The position numbers and the translations under genes were made by a program. Source: Octopus vulgaris (Eukaryota). Taken from it: DNA of 64,000 nucleotides. Each line of letters begins with the position of its first letter. The first letter of the stretch is position 1. The notes beneath the pieces were generated by a model. It saw only the letters and a list, made by a program, of their open reading frames with translations. It did not search any database and was not told where the DNA came from. The stretch spans positions 113,398,001 through 113,462,000 of the forward strand of contig OX597822.1 in the NCBI GenBank assembly GCA_951406725.2, in the 5' to 3' direction. Below, piece by piece: positions 55,501 through 64,000 of the stretch.

Positions 55501-57520
55501 CTTAATGTTATTTGCATTTTTTCTTATAGACGGTTGTTGCGAGACGGTTATTTGGCTGATATATATGTGGAGCAGTTGTAGTGGAACTTCCTCATCGCTC
55601 CATTCAACTGCAAAGACAATCTAATTTTCCTGCTAAGTAAGCTTTCGTATATCTAAAAATATTGAGATATTATTCTCCTTAAAGATATCTTTCATATTTC
55701 TCAAATATACTCACACGCACACACACACACACACACACACATACTTACACACACACTCTTATACATATACACACATATACACACGCAAACACACACACAC
55801 ACACACACAAACACATACAAATATACTTGTGATAGAGGAGAGAGAGAGAAATTACTTACAATCGAGTCATTAAAGTAAATATATGTCTAGAAGAAATTCT
55901 AATGATAATTAAATATGTCTTTTCTTGTTAATCTGATAAGTTTTGATTGATTCGATCAAAAAATATTGTTTGTTTTATCCATTCGACGGAAGGGTTTGTT
56001 AGTGCAAGAGCTAGTAGTCAACCCCCGACCCCGTAAACAATTACCTGCTATTTAAAACAGTTCAAGGATACATTTGGATAGTACAGTCCTTGACGTATTG
56101 TGTTAAAAAAACAAAAAAAACTGAAATTATCTCGGTTGAAATGGTTCAATCAGTTTTGACCCAGGGCTAAACAACGACGCGAATTTTACATTGAGTAAAA
56201 AGGTCATCAAAAATAATGGTTGTTTCAAAAATAATGGTTGTTGTTACTAACACAAACTGTCTCAGAATAACCAATTCGTGACTCCTTTTCTAAATTCTTT
56301 TCTTCCTCGAAATGGAATTTAGCGAATTACTTTTGACATTGATAAAGTAACAAATGAAATATAATGATATAAGATACTTGTGCACTAATATCCCCCATAA
56401 CAAGCGATATTGTCATAGCCGGCTCTTAGAAAATTCTTCGAAATATTTTCCTATGATTTACAAAAGCTCGTATTGAGAACCGAAATGATTAATTTGCTCG
56501 ACATTACTCAACTGTCCTTAATAACGGAATATACGATTAGTTGAAAAGCCTTTATTGTTTCTAACAATCTGGGTTCTACATAACTGCTTCTAAGCAACAT
56601 CTCATTCCACAGAATCCAAAGATTTAGCATCAGAAGCAATTATTTCATGCCTGCATTGGTAGTAGTCATACTGAAGTTAAACAGCGATATGTTACTGATG
56701 TCAGTTCGTACTGGGGCGTATGTGTTGTAGATTGTGAGGGGATCATATCTTAGACTAAGGAAATGATCTAAGGATGGTATTAGCAAGAAAGGCAGCACAC
56801 ACGGCCCTTTATTTCTTTCGGGCTTGAAAGGCAGATGCTAGAAGAGGTTCTCTCCGAATCGTAGAGTAATTTGGATATATGCCACAGAGTAAACTCTGCT
56901 TAAGACATTCATGGATTAGATGTTGGTGTTAAATTGGGCAACAACAGATTTTATATTCTACAACAGGTACTCAAACCTCAGTTGGTGATATTGAACTGGG
57001 AAACAACAAACTAAGCTCTGCCAAAATTGTTAAAAGTCCAGTTGGTCCGGTTAAGCCGAGTAACGGAATAAATCTACTCCATTCCTGTTTTTTCAGCTCT
57101 GAGGAGTAGAAGCCCTCGCAGCAGCAATTAAGGTGACAGGACAATTATATAACTAACTGATGAATCAATGGTAGAATTTTTTGTTTGAATGGAGTATTAT
57201 TATGCAAAACTATTTCCTTCATATGCGCCGTAACTGCACACCAGGAACCGTTGATAGAATTAGACATTGTCTTGCTTTTCATTGCAAGATATGAAGATTG
57301 TCTGTGGGTGATGAAGGTTAATAGATAAGTGATCTACCGAATACGTTCAAACAGTGACCATTTCTTCATTTCTGTTTAATTAAGAGATGATTTGATAGAT
57401 GTTTGTTGGCTATTTCTAGCAGGTCGAGAGGCCATATAGACGATGGATGGGGAATATAAGCTGGAAACTTTGCTCTGAAGTTCAGCTACTTCACACATCT
57501 TAAAATTTTACTCACGCATG

Positions 57521-58427
57521 AGGCGAGCCGGACAAAATGCTTATAGCTTTGCTTCCAATTTCAAGTTCTGAGCTCAAATATCGCCGAGGTAGACTCTGCC
57601 TTTTATCTTTTCAGCGTCGAGCACTGTAGTCCATCTAATTCCTGAAATTGCTGGCCTTGTGCCAAAACTTGAAACCAATATTTAACGATGTTGTGGCAGC
57701 GAGCTGGCAGAATCGTTAGCGGTATTTCGTCTGTTTTTACGTTCTGAATTCAAATTCCACCAAGATCGATTTTGCCTTTTATTTCTTCGGGATCGGTAAG
57801 ATAAGTACCAGCTGAGTATTGGGGTCGATATAATCGATTATTTCCCTATCCCAAACTTGCTGGCCTTGTGTCAAAATTTGAAATCAACATTTTGCTGATA
57901 TTAAAAGCAATTGTCTTGGTAATCCTCAGGCCGTGCGTGTTTCGCACAGAAAAGCAGGTCCCTTACAGACCCGGGGCTATATTGGTAATGAAGATCATTG
58001 GTGAGAAGAAGATAGTTCACGTGATGAAGGAAATGATTGACATTCTTCTCTACTCTAGGCACAAGGCCCGAAAGTTTGAGGAGAGGGGGCCAGTCGATTA
58101 CATCGTCACCAATACGCAACTGGTACTTAATTTATTGACCCCGAAAGTATGAAATGCCAAGTCGAACTCAGAACGTAAAGACAGACGAAATACCTATTTC
58201 TTTACTACCCACAAGGGGCTAAACACAGAGGGGACAAGCAAGTACAGACGAACGGATTAAGTCGATTATATCGACCCCCAGTGCGTAACTGGTACTTATT
58301 TAATCGACCCCGAAAGGATGGAAGGCGAAGTCGACCACAGCGAAATTTGAACTCAGAACGTAAAGAGAGACGAAAAACTGCTAAGCATTTATCCCGGCGT
58401 GCTAACGTTTCTGCCACCTCACCGCCT
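57521..58427. mobile_element. Cluster of SINE family B copies (plus 57521-57680, 57694-57885; minus 58050-58427)
   Basis: Core motif repeated. Confidence 0.85.
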
Positions 58428-58502
58428 TATTGTTGTCAAACATTGTTAACACCATCTTTGCAATATTGGAAGTGAGAAACATCGATCTTTAGATTGTAGA
58501 GA

Positions 58503-58879
58503 GGAGGCGCAATGGCCCAGTGGTTAGGGCAGCGGACTCGCGGTCATAGGATCGCGGTTTCGATTCCCAGACCGGGCGTTGTGAGTGTTTATTGAGCGAA
58601 AACACCTAAAGCTCCACGAGGCTCCGGCAGGGGATGGTGGTGATCCCTGCTGTACTCTTTCACCACAACTTTCTCTCACTCTTACTTCCTGTTTCTGTTG
58701 TACCTGTATTTCAAAGGGCCGGCCTTGTCACTCTCTGTGTCACGCTGAATCTCCCCGAGAACTACGTTAAGGGTACACGTGTCTGTGGAGTGCTCAGCCA
58801 CTTACACGTTAATTTCACGAGCAGGCTGTTCCGTTGATTCGGATCAACCGGAACCCTCGTCGTCGTAACCGACGGAGTG
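58503..58879 (+). mobile_element. tRNA-derived SINE family C2, full length
   Basis: A-box TGGCCCAGTGG, B-box GTTTCGATTCC; body shared with 25595 (5' part) and 15541 (3' part). Confidence 0.88.
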
Positions 58880-60923
58880 TCTCTAAGATTGTAGAACAGA
58901 AAAGGTTTCTTTTTCCTTCGGAACGGAATATACTCTTGCATGTTTTCATATCTTGGACGGAACAGATATTCCAAGACGAAATCGAAGCAAAACGGGAAGC
59001 AAACCAGATCGTAGCTTCAATTTCTTCCTTGATAACCTTGGAGTAGTAGAGGGTAAGAGTAATCTGCTTATTCAATAAAGGTATCGGAAAGCTAAGTTGT
59101 TTAGGACTTTAGTGAGAATGCAGATTGTAGATGAATGAGGGCGTCTATCTTTTCACTGGCGATTGTTTTGCATGTGACAGTAAGTGAATGCCACATGTTT
59201 AGCGAAAGTAGCTAAAATTCTGCATTTGTTATCAGTAATGCTTCTGTTAGAGTTAAATTAGCCTGAATCGATAAATATCTTCACTTCCACAATTAATTTT
59301 ATTTAGATACTTATTCTTTAACAATTTAAGGGAAAAATGTTGGAATTGGTGCTTTCCCCGGATGCAAAGAAGTTTGTGACAAATTTGTAACATTAGTTTT
59401 TAACACTAAAACTCTGTCAACGGCACCGATCACACATGGTACGTTGCTTGTTTCACCTTGCATTTTATAAATAAGTGACAATACGAATGTAACGAAAATC
59501 AAAGGTGACCAAACACATTCCCGTTCTACATGTATACCACAGCTTACTGGTATCGAGGCTGCCCATAATGAGTTTGGCAGATATTCTACTATGATATGAT
59601 GAATACTGCACGATATTAAGTTTGGCAGATTCTGTACTGTATTATGATTGGTCAATACTGTATAATATTTAGTAGTTACTGTACAGGTGTCTGATAAATG
59701 TTGTACTTTATTAGGATTTTATGAGTCTGTAAGTATAAATTCATGTCTGTAAATTTTCGAAACAAACAGCCGGTTAGCAAATTTTTTTTCTGCGAGGAAA
59801 TTTGTGTCATCTTCAAACAATAAAGTCAGTTTTATATTTGAAAATTGAAGATCATGAAAATTATTCATGTGAATGAAAATGGATGATTACCTGAAATCAA
59901 ACTAAATCAAATTTGTCTTTTAAAAAAAAAATGTCACAAATAAAATATTAGAATTCATACACTTGGTTAGGCGTGAAAGACTCCGGATACGGAAAACTAT
60001 GATGCATATAGAAGAATAAAGTTAAGATACACTGACATAGACAATATATGATTTCATTGGGGTATGTGCTAGTGGGTGCAGAAACAATAATTACTTTTGT
60101 ATAGAAATATGATGGAAGAGAAAATGAGCTGAAAGCCAGTTTCTTAAAAGAGTTGTGTAAAAAGAATTCAAGTGTAGTAAAACGTAAAAGAGAAAAGATA
60201 AAACGAACAAAAGATAAAGAAACAAAACAACGCTAATCGTTGATGGAGAAAAAAAGGCCATAGTTTGTAAGTTAAGCAGACGGTTGGTTGAGACAGCTGG
60301 TGAAATAGGAAGCTAGAACGGTGAGTTGTTCAGGCAGAGAAACCTGCTCTAGTAAATAGGAAATAAAAGAGAAGAGAGAAATGTAGTTTTCTAGAGAACC
60401 TTAAAATGGGTAGAATGATCTTTATCTGATAAGAGGCAGCAAAGAGGAGGGTAGGGTCGGTTTTTCACGACATTAGTTCGGCACTGGTGATCAATGGGGA
60501 GGGGGTTTGATGGCTATACCTGCCAGACAGTCGCTTAGAATTAGAGGAACAGTCGGCATGAAAGAATAGGAATTGTTTTGCAGATGTAATTACAAACTAC
60601 TTTTTTATCACTGGAATATAGCGAATTATCAAAATGGGTGAAAATAAGGCAAACTGTATGTTTGCAGTTTTTTTCTGGTTTTGTCTATGTTCATGCGTCT
60701 ATGCATTGTGTAACATATTACGTATTTATATTCGTATATGTAAGGGTGTTTATATATATATATATATTTGTATATATGTGTCTGTGTGTATATATTGGGG
60801 TGTGTAAAATGAGTTAGTTAGCGAAATGTATTAATTGCATATGGATGGCTAAGTAGAAATGAAGATGTATATATGGGTGTGCAGTCATAAATATGCATAT
60901 ATACATACATAAACACACACACA

Positions 60924-60969
<46 letters not shown>

Positions 60970-61125
60970 TAGATGTGTGCGTTTGTGCATATCTATTGAT
61001 GTATAAATGTACATTTTCACCTACATACATAAATACACATACACGCACATATATATACATGTATGTGTGTGTCTGAATGTGTATATACATACACACACGC
61101 TCAAATAAACATATATATACGTGTA

Positions 61126-61205
<80 letters not shown>

Positions 61206-61316
61206 CATATATACACACACACACATATATATATACACACACATAATTGTAAGCGTTTCGTGGATGTATATGTCTTAGTGCTTGTATGCGAATGTGTTTA
61301 TGTAGGTTTGTTTGTT

Positions 61317-61368
<52 letters not shown>

Positions 61369-62194
61369 CGTGTAAATGGTTTTATCAGATTTTTGCCATT
61401 TATATCATCAGTATTTCACAGCCAATTGCTGACGAAGAAATAATTGCAGTTATCTACGCAGTATGTGAATGCTATTATGTATTATAAGAATTACACGCTA
61501 TAAGGAATAATGCAAGAAAAATCATGAAGTCACAAACCTCTTTCTAATGACACATGTCTTTCGTCAGTGTTATGTATTTTAACTTATGATATATAAATCA
61601 AATCAGCAAAAACCATTGTCACATTTTCCCCTTGTCAACTCCTGATTAATAATACTCGAGTCACATAGAAATTAATAATAATTTCCAAGTTAATTTTTTT
61701 TTATAATAGTGTATAATTTATTGTAGCTACTTCACACTTATAACATCACAAGAGAGTATATCAGAATTATTCTCACATACACATGCAGACATGAGTATAT
61801 ACGTGGGGAGGAGAGGGTATCCTTCTCTTTTTAATTTAAAGTAAATTTTGGCCGCCCATCTATTTGGTAACAAAGTTGTTAAGGTATCTTGTTTTGTTCA
61901 TCCTCCTTTAAATTTTAAGGTCTTGCAGATCTTTATAGTCCAAGAAATCGTGATCATTTGTAGTGTATGAATTAGGAATTTCAATTCTCTCCCTAAGATC
62001 CCAGTTTCAGCCATAACCTACTCCAGACGGATTGGTGTGTATCCTGTTGCTCCAACAATTACAGGTATGAAGCTGAAAGTGTATCTCGGGGACTGGATTT
62101 GCAAACTCCTTATTAATGGTCCATAGATTAATGGTCTCATGTATTTTTCGAACCACATTGGTTTCTAGAGAGCAGATGAATGCCACAACAGCAC

Positions 62195-62335
62195 ACATCT
62201 CCGTAACTTAGCGGATCGACAAAAGAGACCGATAGAATAAGTACAAGGCTTACAAAGAGTAAGTCCCGGGGACGATTTGTTCGACTAAAGACGGTGCTCC
62301 AGCATGACCGCAGCCAAATGACTGAAACAAGTAGA
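62195..62335 (+). mobile_element. SINE family A, 3' half
   Basis: CGTAACTTAGCGG...GACTGAAACAAGTA. Confidence 0.85.
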
Positions 62336-62665
62336 GAATTATCAGATTCCAATCGAATCTGTCCCATATTTCTGATTGTGGATCAATCCCTTGTTAAAAC
62401 TAATACCTCTGAATCCACCCCATGTGTAACCGTTCATAATTTACCGAAACGTTAAAGAGATAGACACACGCAATACAGACTCCAGTCATCGCTTTCTTCA
62501 TTCCCCGCCATTTACAATTACGAACACAAAACCATGACAGAGATTTGGTTATATTATTACAACTCCAGCGATGGGATTGTATCCGTCTATCTACCTATTT
62601 ATCTTTCTACTTATCTATCAATTAATTTATTTATCTATCTATCTATCTTTGTATCTGTCTATATT

Positions 62666-62714
<49 letters not shown>

Positions 62715-62727
62715 GATAGATTGTAAG

Positions 62728-62905
62728 CCACTACACACATTTTTTTCTCTCCTTTTTTTCTCTCCTTGTTTTTTTCTGTGTCCCTTTCTGTAGAAGAGTG
62801 TAGGCTCGAAACGTAAAAGACTTTTTCTATTCCTGAGCGTTATACTAATACATCTATTTGTTTTCTACACCACCTGTCTTCGTCTTTTGTTTTTTCGTAA
62901 ACTCT

Positions 62906-62908
<3 letters not shown>
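62728..62908 (+). mobile_element. Hammerhead-like-bearing short repeat (family of 11113-11275)
   Basis: CTTT-CTGTAGA-AGAGTGTAGGCTC-GAAAC-GTA-AAAG; abuts (TA)n. Confidence 0.75.
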
Positions 62909-62971
<63 letters not shown>

Positions 62972-63056
62972 CTATGTATATATATATGTATATATATATG
63001 TATGTATATATATATATATATATGTATGTATATATATGTATATATGTATATATATG

Positions 63057-63141
<85 letters not shown>
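62909..63141. repeat. (TA)n/(TATG) microsatellite
   Basis: Simple run. Confidence 0.97.
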
Positions 63142-63145
<4 letters not shown>

Positions 63146-63169
63146 CACTTATGTAGCTCTGCTATCGCC

Positions 63170-64000
63170 AGGAATAAGAGTTCTAATTGGGAACGGCATC
63201 AAGCAAGGATATATCATCACTCCAAAGCTCTTCACCACATGTCCCGGAATGGTCATCAGAGACATTGATTGGGCAGGTGGTGTGAACATCAATGGTGATC
63301 TAGTAAGACACCCCCGATTCGCAGATGGCAGTGAACTCATTGCCGAAGCCACAGATCAGCTGCAAAACATGCTGACAGAGCTAAACAGCTACAGCTAGGT
63401 CTTAAAATGAATCGCCTGAAAATAAAATACACGCAATCCGGAGACGAAACACAAGGGCGAGTAAAGGTGGCAGGGAGAGATAAAATCGAAGAGGCAAAGG
63501 TGTTCGTCTATTTAAGGAACCCAGTGAATGTGCACTGAGAAAATAACGGTAGGATGGAAGACTTTTACCTCAATAAAAGTTGTGCTCAAAGTAGAGGAGG
63601 ACAAGACGATACGTACCACATTCTTCAACAACACCGTTCTTCCTGTGCTCTTATACGCAAGTGAGATGTGGACTACTGTAATGAAGGAATATTATCAATT
63701 AGCTACGACTCAAAGGATTCTGGAATGCTGCCTGCTAGAAATATCATTGTGGGAGCATTTAGAAATGAGATGATTCGAGAACGGGGCCGATTGAACTACG
63801 TGGTGGCAGAATATGGAGAGCACAAGCTCCACTAGGCCAGTCATGTCACAAGGTTCAGAGACAACACGTGGACTTTTGCAGTTTCCGAGTGGTGTCCAAG
63901 AGATCGGAAAAGCCCACCCAGAAGGCCTCCATGTCGATGGGAAGATCGTTGTGGTAAGCGATTTGAGACAATATATAAAAGAGTAGCGAAATCAAGAAAG
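63170..64000 (+). mobile_element. RTE-clade LINE reverse transcriptase remnant
   Basis: [13 protein letters not shown]; [17 protein letters not shown]; GLKMN; VLPVLLYASEMW; HVTR..DNTWT; RPPCRWED; stops and frameshifts. Confidence 0.92.

Noticed and set aside
58503-58578. Possible genuine tRNA gene
   Set aside because: No proper acceptor stem or terminator; it continues into a SINE body seen elsewhere in the window
59326-59655. 109-aa ORF with PCVIGAVD, reminiscent of Harbinger transposase or LINE endonuclease
   Set aside because: Only a short motif with no supporting flanking motifs; cannot be assigned

Overview
AT-rich, microsatellite-saturated eukaryotic DNA. The SINE families resemble those I associate with octopus or other coleoid cephalopod genomes (inference). 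I can support no host protein-coding exon, rRNA, genuine tRNA or CRISPR array. Nearly all ORFs in the track are microsatellite artefacts or decayed transposon fragments. The window contains several tRNA-derived SINE families, remnants of Penelope-like elements (PLEs; RT plus GIY-YIG), RTE, CR1/Jockey-like and R4/Dong-like LINE fragments, mariner, Tc1 and maT (DD37D) transposons with MITEs, and a non-autonomous Helitron. The most interesting signal is about a dozen type-I hammerhead-ribozyme-like motifs (CUGANGA-stem II-GAAAC-short stem III-GUH). Most sit in short non-coding, often fold-back elements anchored in (TA)n tracts. One has an intact core and a well-paired 85-nt stem II (16513-16620, minus strand), and one repeated family carries a CUGUAGA core variant. 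Other observations are (TAA)n-targeted retroelement stacks with a non-coding partner, tandem or permuted SINE monomers, and SINE domain shuffling. Coordinates were read by eye and may be off by a few to tens of bases for degraded elements.
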